From positions 7,382-71,381 of IMG/VR virus record IMGVR_UViG_3300043788_000078: a stretch of DNA of 64,000 nt; one strand, written 5' to 3'. The DNA comes from a virus. The notes under the pieces are model-generated. The model was given only the letters and a program-made list of their open reading frames with translations, made no database searches and had not been told where the DNA came from. Each line of letters starts with the position of its first letter. Within the stretch, counting starts at the first letter, position 1. Shown here in pieces: positions 45,659 to 53,374 of this stretch. The position numbers and the translations under genes were made by a program.

Positions 45659-46383
45659 GCCAGTTCTCCCTGCACTACCTTGAGGTGACGCCGGAACGCC
45701 TTGCGCGCCCCGGTGATCCCGTCGATCCCGATGCCGGACTCCTCCAGCGCCGCGTCGAGCGCCGTCTCCAGCATGCGCGCCGTCTCCTCCTGCACGCCCG
45801 CCAGGCGGTCCTCGATCTTCAGCTTGGAGATGTCTATCAGGATCTTGGCGTACCGCTCGACCGCGCGCTCGTAGAGCAGGATCTCGATACGCAGCTGCTC
45901 GCCCACCTTAGAGTGCGCGTAGCGGATGCGGTCCTGGCTGAACAGCCGCGCCGCGATCATCCGCAGTACTTCCTTGACCGCGCGGATCTCGGCGGCCAGT
46001 GCGAGCAGCTCGGTCAGCGGGTCGCCGATCGGGTCCGGGTGCAGCAGCCGCTCGCCCTCGTCGCCCATGATCATCGCCAGGCGCTCGGCCATCTGCCCCT
46101 CGACCACGCGCCGCGTGCCTATGGCACGCTGGACGCTGCCCAGGTTCGCGCCGTGCTCGCTGCACTGCGGCGGGACGGTGCCCTCCGCCGCGTAACTGCG
46201 GCAGGCGTCCGGGGTGCCGAAGTTATTCCGGCACCGCCGGACGCCCGTGATGTCCTCGGCCTCGTCCAGCAGCTCGTCCGGGACATGCAGGACGCAGTAC
46301 TCCAGTCCGTCGACCTCGAAGTTCCGGCACCCCCCGGGCCAGCGGCACCGGTTCTCGCCGAGCCCGTGCGCGAGGTTGCTCAC
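45655..46383 (-). CDS. terS: Terminase small subunit (probable)
   Basis: Cys/His N-terminus (C..HG), DPLTELL, LYERAVER...KLKIEDRL, upstream of terL. Confidence 0.65.
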   Translation of the reverse strand: MSNLAHGLGENRCRWPGGCRNFEVDGLEYCVLHVPDELLDEAEDITGVRRCRNNFGTPDACRSYAAEGTVPPQCSEHGANLGSVQRAIGTRRVVEGQMAERLAMIMGDEGERLLHPDPIGDPLTELLALAAEIRAVKEVLRMIAARLFSQDRIRYAHSKVGEQLRIEILLYERAVERYAKILIDISKLKIEDRLAGVQEETARMLETALDAALEESGIGIDGITGARKAFRRHLKVVQGELA

Positions 46384-46667
46384 CGGCTGCCCCCGTCGAT
46401 GTGGTCGGCGGTCAGCCCGGTGGTGAAGAAGCTGAACACGGAGGCGAACAGCGGCACCACCGTCAGCATCATGACCGCGCTGGTGACGTACCCGCCGGGC
46501 GTGCGCGGCGCGACGTCGCAGCCCACGGTCGTCGCGGTGCCCACCGCGCAGTACAGCCCGTGCGGCAGGGAGATCCGGTCGAACACGGCGTACAGGCTGC
46601 CCAGCACGGCGTCGAGCACGAGCGTGCAGGCAAGGACGTACACCGCCCGCTTGTGGTGGATGTTCAT
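46380..46667 (-). CDS. Minimal 2TM-1P potassium-channel-like protein
   Basis: TM1, LYCAVGTATTVGCDVAPRTPGG pore region, TM2. Confidence 0.65.
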   Translation of the reverse strand: MNIHHKRAVYVLACTLVLDAVLGSLYAVFDRISLPHGLYCAVGTATTVGCDVAPRTPGGYVTSAVMMLTVVPLFASVFSFFTTGLTADHIDGGSR

Positions 46668-47038
46668 CCCCGGGCCTCGCGGACCGCCGTCAGCTCGGCC
46701 AGGATCAGCTCCAGCAGCTCGTTCTCGGTGCGCTCGGGCCGGGCCTTCTCATGGTGCACGTTGCACCACGGCGTGCCGTTGACCTTGTGCTTGCCGATCC
46801 GCAGGCATCCGGGCTCATGGCAGTTCACGTGATGCCAGGCACCTGTGACCAGGGAGATCAGGCCCACCACGGTCAGCGCCGGGACGAACCCCGACAGCAG
46901 CTGGTACGTCCACGGCGTCTGCGGCCCGGGGTACGGGTGCACGCCGATGCCGTACAGCACGCCCCACGTATGCCAGATGACGGCGTAGAGCATGGCTGCG
47001 AGGGCCAGGCAGAGGGTTCCGGTGATCACGCGCTTCAC
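46664..47038 (-). CDS. Two-TM membrane protein with Cys/His motif
   Basis: HHVNCHEPGCLRIG...WCNVHH after two hydrophobic helices. Confidence 0.6.
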   Translation of the reverse strand: MKRVITGTLCLALAAMLYAVIWHTWGVLYGIGVHPYPGPQTPWTYQLLSGFVPALTVVGLISLVTGAWHHVNCHEPGCLRIGKHKVNGTPWCNVHHEKARPERTENELLELILAELTAVREARG

Positions 47039-47052
47039 GGGACCAGTATGCA

Positions 47053-47109
47053 TGAAAACGGCCCCCCTGCCGGGGAGGCAGGAGGGCCGCCGGGCACGCG
47101 CTTTTCAGG
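47053..47109 (-). repeat. 57-bp direct repeat copy 1, terminator-like hairpin on - strand
   Basis: Identical to 47232-47288. GC hairpin followed by TTTT on the - strand. Confidence 0.85.
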
Positions 47110-47120
47110 TGAGCTGACAA

Positions 47121-47196
47121 TGGAGCCCCGGCCCCGGTTCGAACGGGGGACCTTCTCATTACGGGTGAGATGCTCTTCCGGCTGAGCTATCGGGGC
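47121..47196 (-). tRNA. trnT: tRNA-Thr(CGT) with encoded CCA
   Basis: 76-nt cloverleaf: GCCCCGA TA GCTC AGCCGGAA GAGC A TCTCA CCCGTAA TGAGA AGGTC CCCCG TTCGAAC CGGGG CCGGGGC T CCA. Confidence 0.9.
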
Positions 47197-47232
47197 AAAA
47201 GGGGCCGATTCCATGTTCGGAATCGGCCCCTT
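47197..47232 (-). terminator. Perfect 14-bp hairpin plus T run abutting the tRNA 5' end
   Basis: AAGGGGCCGATTCC/GGAATCGGCCCCTT. Confidence 0.6.
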
Positions 47233-47288
47233 GAAAACGGCCCCCCTGCCGGGGAGGCAGGAGGGCCGCCGGGCACGCGCTTTTCAGG
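47232..47288 (-). repeat. 57-bp direct repeat copy 2
   Basis: Identical to 47053-47109. Confidence 0.85.
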
Positions 47289-47366
47289 GGAGCGGTGCCC
47301 TCATCGGGCTGCGGCGCTACGGGGGGTGGTGCGCGCCGGATGGATCAGCCCGGGTAATTCAGCTGG

Positions 47367-48053
47367 CTAAACGTTCAGCTGCGTGGCAGTGAGCGTCGCG
47401 TTCTCCAGGTCATACGTTCCTGCTCCCGTGTCGGAGTCGTACCCGAATGCGTACACGTACAGGCTCGTAGGCCCGCTGACGGTGATCTGCTCAGCGCCGC
47501 TGAAATACGAGTCGTGACCGGTAGTCGCGGGTTCTATGGCCCCGGCTCCGAAGTTAGCCAGGTCTCCGGTGAAGTCCGCATTGGCTGCCTGGTCGTAGAC
47601 GAAGAACTGCGGGAAGATGTCCGCTGTCGTGGACTCGTCGTTTCCCTTCGCCTTGGCGTTGAACGTGAGCAGGTACGTGCCCGCTGCCGGGAGGCTGACG
47701 GTACTGCCGATCTGGGTAGCGCCCGTAACGAAGCTGCCGCCAGTGGCGATTGACGTGTCGGTGCTAACGAGCGTAGCCGTCGGTGAGCTGACAACCGCGT
47801 TCGCCCCTGGCGCCCCTGGTGCCCCTGGTGCGGACAGCGACACCTCGAAGTCGCCCGACGGGCACTTCGCCAGTCCTGCCGGGTTCTCGTAGACGTCCAC
47901 GAGCGCCCGGGTGCCGTCTGCGACGCAGCCGACCTTTGCCGGCGGCGGCGCGGACGTCGCGGCGGTGACGGCGAGCGCCGACCCGGTGCCGACGGCGGCG
48001 AGCAGGCATGCCGCCCCGCTGGCGGCCAGCGCGATGCGCCTGGTTATCCTCAT
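47367..48053 (-). CDS. Secreted protein with signal peptide, short GAP repeats and beta domain
   Basis: MRITRRIALAA...ALA signal peptide, APGAPGAPGA, GGGAGAAAGATC RBS. Confidence 0.65.
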   Translation of the reverse strand: MRITRRIALAASGAACLLAAVGTGSALAVTAATSAPPPAKVGCVADGTRALVDVYENPAGLAKCPSGDFEVSLSAPGAPGAPGANAVVSSPTATLVSTDTSIATGGSFVTGATQIGSTVSLPAAGTYLLTFNAKAKGNDESTTADIFPQFFVYDQAANADFTGDLANFGAGAIEPATTGHDSYFSGAEQITVSGPTSLYVYAFGYDSDTGAGTYDLENATLTATQLNV

Positions 48054-48091
48054 GATCTTTCTCCCTGTTCCCCTCGGTTATCCGGCCGGCC

Positions 48092-48424
48092 TCAGGATGA
48101 GGCCAGCTCGCGGATGTACTGCCTGACGTCGGCGTTCATCGCCTCGATGAAGGACGCCGCGTCCTTTTCCGGGTCGTAGGGCACGAACCGCGTCCCGAAG
48201 AACGCGACCATCGCGTCGCCCTCGTCCGGCCAGGTGCTGTCTTCACCGATGGCACCCAGCTCCTCCTGCCACTGCTCCAGCTCGTCGTTCCACTCCTGCT
48301 GGTCGATCCGGTCCTCGGCCGCCTTCACGTTGCGCTCTACCCACACGGCGAGGATGACGACGGCGGCGATGACCGCGACGGTGGCGGGTATCCCGATGGC
48401 CGTTTCCAGTGACATTCCGAACAT
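48092..48424 (-). CDS. Single-TM membrane protein with acidic tail
   Basis: GAGGGAGAAGAT RBS. N-terminal hydrophobic helix. Confidence 0.6.
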   Translation of the reverse strand: MFGMSLETAIGIPATVAVIAAVVILAVWVERNVKAAEDRIDQQEWNDELEQWQEELGAIGEDSTWPDEGDAMVAFFGTRFVPYDPEKDAASFIEAMNADVRQYIRELASS

Positions 48425-48482
48425 CGTGCTATCTTCTCCCTCTTGACGTCCCCGACGCTACCACATGCCGGCCAGTGTTCTG

Positions 48483-49088
48483 TCAACACCCGTCATACGG
48501 GCTCCAGTTGTACTCTCCGCCCTGGGCCATCGCGTTGTCGAACACCTGCTCCTGCTCGGCCGCCGAGGCGTACCCGAAGCTGCCGGGACTGCCGCCGTAC
48601 TCGGCCCAGGTGCCCGCGCTGAACTGGAACAGGCCCCAGTGGCCGCTGGCGTTCCACACGTCCGGGTCGCCGCCGGACTCGCGGCTGATCACGCACGCCT
48701 CGAACCCGCTGTCGCCCGCCGTGGACACGGTCCCGTACGAGGACTGCGCGGGCCCGGAGTAGCTGTCCTGCTGCTGCGCCGGTGCCGTGTAGCCGGTTAC
48801 CTGCGCGGGCTGGCCGACGTCAGCCTGCGCGCAGGAGATCCGCAGCTGCTGGCCGGGCTCGATGAGGTTCGGGTTGCCGCCGATCACGGACTGGTTCGCG
48901 GCGTAGATGCCGGTCCAGTCCGAGGCGTTGCCGCAGTCGCGCTGGGCGATGGCGGAGAGCGTGTCACCGCTGTGCACGGTGGTGAACGCGAGGGCCCCGG
49001 CTATCGCGCCGACGGCCATGACGGAGGACAGCGGGCGGCGGGCGATTGCCTCGAAGAATCTGCGTGACGCCGTGCGCAGTGCGTGCAT
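48483..49088 (-). CDS. Secreted LysM + Rpf-like (resuscitation-promoting factor) transglycosylase
   Basis: SRRFF signal, LysM GDTLSAIA...NPNLIEPGQ.L, Rpf-like C..RESGG...GLFQF..GTW...EQ...W...C. Confidence 0.8.
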   Translation of the reverse strand: MHALRTASRRFFEAIARRPLSSVMAVGAIAGALAFTTVHSGDTLSAIAQRDCGNASDWTGIYAANQSVIGGNPNLIEPGQQLRISCAQADVGQPAQVTGYTAPAQQQDSYSGPAQSSYGTVSTAGDSGFEACVISRESGGDPDVWNASGHWGLFQFSAGTWAEYGGSPGSFGYASAAEQEQVFDNAMAQGGEYNWSPYDGC

Positions 49089-49218
49089 GGATGTTCTATC
49101 CTTTGCTCGGGCAGTTTTTCCGGCGTACTGGGGCTACTTTGCCAGGAGCGGACCCCGGTGCCGGCACTACGACCACCGACGATAACAGCCCGGTCTCGGC
49201 CTGACCATCAATCGCGGC

Positions 49219-49256
49219 AGAAAGCCCGCCTGCGGGGTACCGCAAGCGGGCTTTCC
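49219..49256. terminator. Strong hairpin (probable terminator)
   Basis: GAAAGCCCGCCTGCGG..CCGCAAGCGGGCTTTC, with a second hairpin GGAGGCG/CGCCTCC nearby. Confidence 0.6.
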
Positions 49257-49300
49257 GTGCATCTGGGAGGCGGTTTTCCGCGCCTCCGGTAACGATATGG

Positions 49301-49663
49301 TCAACCCCGGAACAGGACCCACGCCGGCGTCCTGGCCAGCACGTCCTGGCCAGCGCCGGGACCGTCCAGCCAGGCGGCCTCCGCAGACGGCGTGACGAAC
49401 GTGTCGATCATGCCCGCCTGGCCGCGCCAGGTCACCGCCGCCGAGTCGGCCGCGTAGACGTCGCTCCCGTAGTCGCTGGTGACCGTCGCCCCGATCTGCG
49501 CCGCCGCCTGCCTGGCGGTCAGCGCGTCCCCGCTGCCGCCGTTCACGTACGTGACGGCGGCGGGCGTCGCCTTGTCGACGACCGTGTGGCTCGGGCTCGC
49601 GCACGCCGTGACGGCGATGCCGAGGCCCGCTGCGGCCAGGGCCGCCCTGGTGATATTCCTCAT
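49301..49663 (-). CDS. Putative lipoprotein
   Basis: Signal peptide with lipobox VTAC. Confidence 0.6.
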   Translation of the reverse strand: MRNITRAALAAAGLGIAVTACASPSHTVVDKATPAAVTYVNGGSGDALTARQAAAQIGATVTSDYGSDVYAADSAAVTWRGQAGMIDTFVTPSAEAAWLDGPGAGQDVLARTPAWVLFRG

Positions 49664-49866
49664 GTGCTCTCACCTCCGCTCTTATTCTCCTTCGCCCATT
49701 CCCCGGGCATTTCCCCGCCGTGAGACAGCAGGCCGTCCAGCACCTGAAATCCGTCGGCTAGCCGCTGAACCGGGTTGAGGTAGCCCGGTGGCCCCATCGA
49801 CCGTTTCCCGGCTTTCACGTACGGGAGGGCTTCCCGCGCCTGCCGCAGCGCTTCATCCGCTGTCAT
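49660..49866 (-). CDS. Hypothetical protein
   Basis: LDGLLSHGGEMPGEW motif. Overlapping start/stop. Confidence 0.55.
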   Translation of the reverse strand: MTADEALRQAREALPYVKAGKRSMGPPGYLNPVQRLADGFQVLDGLLSHGGEMPGEWAKENKSGGEST

Positions 49867-50365
49867 CGGTTCCCCTCTCCTCCGCCTGGCGCGCGGCCTC
49901 TACGGCATCGTCCACCACCCTGGCCAGGGCGTCGGGCATGGAGTACTCGCGTTCGATCCCGGCTATCTGCTCTCCCGCTCTCACGATGTCCCTCATGCAC
50001 AGGCTGTACGTGCTGCGGACACCCTCCGGCATGCCCGGCTGCATGACACGTACGAGGAACGCCTCCAGCTGCCCGGCTTTCCCGTTCTCGCGGACCAGGA
50101 TCTTGCCAGTGCTGCCGTGCCGCCCGGTCGCCACTCCCTCTACCAGCTGCCGGCTGTAGCTGTCCCAGCGTATGTACGGCACCTCGACCCGTATCCTGCT
50201 GCGGCTGGTCTCGACCCGGCACGCCTCTTCCAGCTCACGGTACGATCTTCCGTGGACCGTCCTGCCCCACGGTGATACCGCCTTGAACCATCCCTTGCGG
50301 TCCACCGTGACGGCCCATTTAGTGCCGCTGGTGCTGACCGGTTCCAGGCTGTAGTCGTCTGGCAT
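49853..50365 (-). CDS. Hypothetical protein
   Basis: ATG after GGGAGAAGAT RBS. Confidence 0.6.
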   Translation of the reverse strand: MPDDYSLEPVSTSGTKWAVTVDRKGWFKAVSPWGRTVHGRSYRELEEACRVETSRSRIRVEVPYIRWDSYSRQLVEGVATGRHGSTGKILVRENGKAGQLEAFLVRVMQPGMPEGVRSTYSLCMRDIVRAGEQIAGIEREYSMPDALARVVDDAVEAARQAEERGTDDSG

Positions 50366-50379
50366 GTCATCTTCTCCCT

Positions 50380-50413
50380 TGTAACGTGTAACCAATTCTG
50401 ATTGCACGTTACA
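50380..50413. promoter_or_regulatory. AT-rich imperfect palindrome (operator candidate)
   Basis: TGTAACGTGTAACCA-ATTC-TGATTGCACGTTACA, directly upstream of an RBS. Confidence 0.5.
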
Positions 50414-50795
50414 GGACAACCGGTTCCCAGTGCCCGTTATTCCGGACCAGCTCGATGTCCGCCTGCGGCACCTGCACGCGGTCCCCGTCCCGGGCGTCGC
50501 CGACGGACGCCAGGGCCTCCTCCAGGTACTTCTCGCCGGGCACGATGAACACCCGGTGCCCTTGCAGCTCCGCGATATTGCGCCGCAGCGCCGCGTTCTC
50601 GGCGAGCATGCGCCGCAGCGCCGCGTTCTCGGCGAGAACGCGGCCGGCTTCCCCGCCCATCTCGGCGAACACGGCCCTGGCGCGGTGGACCATGGCGTGC
50701 GCCACCGGGTCGCGCAGGATCTCCGGCCTCAGCCTCTCCAGCTCGCTCAGCCAGGCCGTGCGGGCCGGGTACCTGTCATCCTCCGGGACTTTCAT
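50409..50795 (-). CDS. Hypothetical protein with 30-bp tandem duplication
   Basis: LAENAALRR encoded twice. Confidence 0.55.
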   Translation of the reverse strand: MKVPEDDRYPARTAWLSELERLRPEILRDPVAHAMVHRARAVFAEMGGEAGRVLAENAALRRMLAENAALRRNIAELQGHRVFIVPGEKYLEEALASVGDARDGDRVQVPQADIELVRNNGHWEPVVL

Positions 50796-50796
50796 G

Positions 50797-51006
50797 TCAC
50801 GTCATTCCCTTCCATGTCTCGCGGCGTGCGCTGATCAGGGTGTCGCCGTTAACGGTGAAGCCGAGATTCGCGGCCCTCTGGGCGGCGCGGGCAATCGCCG
50901 TGTTCCTGTCCTTCGCCTTCAGGCCGGCGTACCTGATATTCGCCCAGCCGGTGCCAGAGCACAGGAACCACATCGATACGCGCCATTCCTGGACGCCGGC
51001 GCTCAC
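50797..51006 (-). CDS. Hypothetical protein
   Basis: GTGA overlap with the upstream gene. Confidence 0.45.
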   Translation of the reverse strand: MSAGVQEWRVSMWFLCSGTGWANIRYAGLKAKDRNTAIARAAQRAANLGFTVNGDTLISARRETWKGMT

Positions 51007-51188
51007 GGCTTCACCGGCGGCACCATCTGCGGCGCGGACGGCACCACGTGGATGCCGATGGTCGCCAGCACCGCCAGGGCGATCGGGATCGCCGTCAGGT
51101 GCGGGTAGTACGCGTACGCGGCCGACAGGCCGGCGATAACGCCGGTCAGCGCGTACCGCGCGATCGTGAGCCATGTGCCCGTCTTCAT
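51003..51188 (-). CDS. Small two-TM protein (holin-like)
   Basis: GGGAGAAGATC RBS. Two TM segments, ending G.H.VP. Confidence 0.55.
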   Translation of the reverse strand: MKTGTWLTIARYALTGVIAGLSAAYAYYPHLTAIPIALAVLATIGIHVVPSAPQMVPPVKP

Positions 51189-51217
51189 GATCTTCTCCCT
51201 GGCCTACCGTGGTGCGT

Positions 51218-51484
51218 ATGACTACACCTTACGTGCCCGTTCTCATGACCGCGCTGACCGAGCTTCAGCAGACGGCGTGGTCGGGCCGCCTGCCCGACGT
51301 CGCGCCGGGCCAGCCGTTCTGGTGCAAGCAGTCCGACGTCACGCCGCTGATCAACGCCGGCTACGCGCGGGAATGGACGGAGGGCGACCCGGCCGCTCCC
51401 CCTCCCGAGCCGCCGTACACGGCGCACGGGATCCCCGGGATCGCGGCCGGGACGTCCAACGCGTCTCCCGGCGGGACGTACTAG
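51218..51484 (+). CDS. Lone + strand gene, small capsid-associated-type paralog
   Basis: PGQPFW...LINAGYA. Ends HGIPGIAAGTSNAS. Confidence 0.55.
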   Translation: MTTPYVPVLMTALTELQQTAWSGRLPDVAPGQPFWCKQSDVTPLINAGYAREWTEGDPAAPPPEPPYTAHGIPGIAAGTSNASPGGTY

Positions 51485-51873
51485 GGGCGCTCGACCGAGC
51501 CGAGCGCGGACTTCAGGTCGGTGGCCGCGCCCTGCCCGATGTGCGGGTTGCGCGCGAACCAGTTCTCCACGGTGGCCAGCACGTCCCTCAGCCGCACCTG
51601 GATGCTGGGGTGCGTGTCGGTGCTGTGCGGGCCGGGAGAATCCGGCGCGCTGTCCTCCGCTTCCGCCGCGTCATCGAGCGCCTCGTCACGCTTCTCCCCG
51701 AGCGTGCCGGGCTCGTCGGCGCGGGACGGACCGGGCTGGCCCTCCTGGTTCGCGTCGCCGGGGTCAGGCTCAGGCTCGGGCTGCGCGGCCGGCGTCACGG
51801 GCTCGGCCGTGGTGGTCGTGGTCACCTGGACGCCCTGCTCGCCGGTGACGGGCTCGGGCTGGCTCTCGGTCAT
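51481..51873 (-). CDS. Acidic low-complexity hypothetical protein
   Basis: GAGGGAGCAGATC RBS. Confidence 0.55.
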   Translation of the reverse strand: MTESQPEPVTGEQGVQVTTTTTAEPVTPAAQPEPEPDPGDANQEGQPGPSRADEPGTLGEKRDEALDDAAEAEDSAPDSPGPHSTDTHPSIQVRLRDVLATVENWFARNPHIGQGAATDLKSALGSVERP

Positions 51874-51951
51874 GATCTGCTCCCTCGGTCGGGATTACCG
51901 TCGTCTCAGGCTTGCAGGATAACGCGCCGGGAACGTATCCGCCGTGGACGG

Positions 51952-52284
51952 TCACGTCTTCGCCAGGCCGCTGCCGACCGCGAGCGAGGTGAACGTGATG
52001 CCGGAGAGGTGCTTCCAGCAGCACTCGACCAGCGCGCCGTTCAGGTTCGGCGACACACCATAGGCGACAGCGACCTGCGGCGGGCTGATGCCCTCGGCGA
52101 ACTTCCTCAGGTCGATGAACGGCCTGCCCTTGCCCGCCTCGGCGTCGCTGATCGCCGCGACGGCCCCGGGCCTGGCCAGGACGGCGGCCTTCCAGACGCC
52201 CGCGCAGACGGTGCAGAAGTGCTCGCCCTCGGGCGGGAGCGGTCCCGTGACGGTGATGTCGCGGACGGCGGCAAGCTGGCTCAT
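51952..52284 (-). CDS. Hypothetical protein (CxxC...CxxH)
   Basis: GGAGG RBS. ATGA overlap. Confidence 0.55.
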   Translation of the reverse strand: MSQLAAVRDITVTGPLPPEGEHFCTVCAGVWKAAVLARPGAVAAISDAEAGKGRPFIDLRKFAEGISPPQVAVAYGVSPNLNGALVECCWKHLSGITFTSLAVGSGLAKT

Positions 52285-52682
52285 GCGGTTTCCTCCGGTT
52301 TCTCGGTCCTGATCACTTTCGCGTCGCTGACCTGGCACGTCTTATCCCAGCAGCGCCCGCAGTGCAGCGTCATCCTCGCGGTGCGCTCCGCGTGCTCGGC
52401 GCACATGCCGGACTTGTCGACGTGCTCGCCCGTGGTGCACCCTATCCACACGTTCACGGCGGCCGGGCGCTCGCAGCGGCGGTCGCCGGAGAACACCACG
52501 CACCCGCCGTCCTGCTCCTTGCGCTCGTCCTGGTTCAGCCACACAGGCGGCGGGCAGCCGATGAGGCGCTGGAGCGGATCCGCAGGGGGCACGGGACGCG
52601 CGGCGAGCCGCTGCGCGTCCCGTTTCGTCCCGTAGCCCTCCGGGGGAGCGAGCGGGTCCGGGCGCTCGCTTATGTGCGACAC
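52281..52682 (-). CDS. Cys-rich hypothetical protein
   Basis: Multiple Cys/His pairs. Confidence 0.5.
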   Translation of the reverse strand: MSHISERPDPLAPPEGYGTKRDAQRLAARPVPPADPLQRLIGCPPPVWLNQDERKEQDGGCVVFSGDRRCERPAAVNVWIGCTTGEHVDKSGMCAEHAERTARMTLHCGRCWDKTCQVSDAKVIRTEKPEETA

Positions 52683-52725
52683 ATCTCCCGGCTCACGGGC
52701 ACGCGGGCCTCACTCATGGGGGACG

Positions 52726-53154
52726 TCAGGCATCCGGTTTGCCTCCCAGGTCCCGGACCAGGTCACCGGACGGGGTGGCCAGGATCACCGGGTCGCGGTC
52801 GAGGCCCTCTCCATGGAAGGTTCCTTTCGGCATCCGCTCGGTGATCAGCATGCGGTCAACGCGGTCGGTCTCGGCCGCGCACAGCGCCCCGGCCTTGGCG
52901 AGCTGGTCGAGTACCTCGGGCCAGCCCGCCTCGCCGTCCAGCATGCCCGCCATGAGCGCTACCAGCCGGTGCGCGGCCTCGGCGATCAGCCAGCCGTTCT
53001 CGTGCCGGTCGTCGTGCCGTGCGTCATAGCAGAGCTTCTCGGCCTGCTCGCGCCGCTCGCGCAGGATGCCCGCGACACCGTCCAGCATGCCGTGCGCGGC
53101 CAGCCAGTCCAGGTCGGCGTGCGCGGCATCCGCTGCCGGGTGATCAGGTTCCAC
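52726..53154 (-). CDS. Hypothetical phage protein
   Basis: ER..Q....YD..HDD.H...L.KAGAL..AE.DR motif, common in phages. Confidence 0.65.
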   Translation of the reverse strand: MEPDHPAADAAHADLDWLAAHGMLDGVAGILRERREQAEKLCYDARHDDRHENGWLIAEAAHRLVALMAGMLDGEAGWPEVLDQLAKAGALCAAETDRVDRMLITERMPKGTFHGEGLDRDPVILATPSGDLVRDLGGKPDA

Positions 53155-53374
53155 TGGTTTCCTCCTCGGCTGCGCCGGTTTCCTCTTCGGCGGTAGTCAC
53201 GATGTACATCATCTTGCTGATGGGCATGGCCCTGCCGTCCTGCCTGACGATGCCGACGGCGCTGTGCCCGTCATACGGGATGCGCAGCAGGATCATCAGC
53301 TCGGCAAGGCTGACGAAGTACGTGCGCGTGTGCTTGTCCTTGTCAGGCACCCGGGTACGGCTAACCCCCGTCAT
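53144..53374 (-). CDS. Hypothetical protein
   Basis: ATGA overlap and RBS. Confidence 0.45.
   Translation of the reverse strand: MTGVSRTRVPDKDKHTRTYFVSLAELMILLRIPYDGHSAVGIVRQDGRAMPISKMMYIVTTAEEETGAAEEETSGT

Noticed and set aside
47053-47288. attL/attR or integration site at the tRNA
   Set aside because: The repeats flank the tRNA rather than duplicating its 3' end, phage genes continue on both sides, and no integrase was found.
48470-48520. Fifth promoter-cassette copy on the - strand (GGTGTTGACAGAAC)
   Set aside because: It lacks GGAAT at the 18-19 nt spacing and the downstream conserved part. It may be an ordinary TTGACA -35 box, but the spacing to a -10 is poor.
49089-49300. c-di-AMP (ydaO) riboswitch upstream of the Rpf-like gene
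   Set aside because: The expected conserved blocks are not recognisable. Only generic hairpins are present.
50579-50638. 30-bp tandem duplication
   Set aside because: A simple in-frame slippage duplication in a coiled-coil segment, with no evidence of further function.
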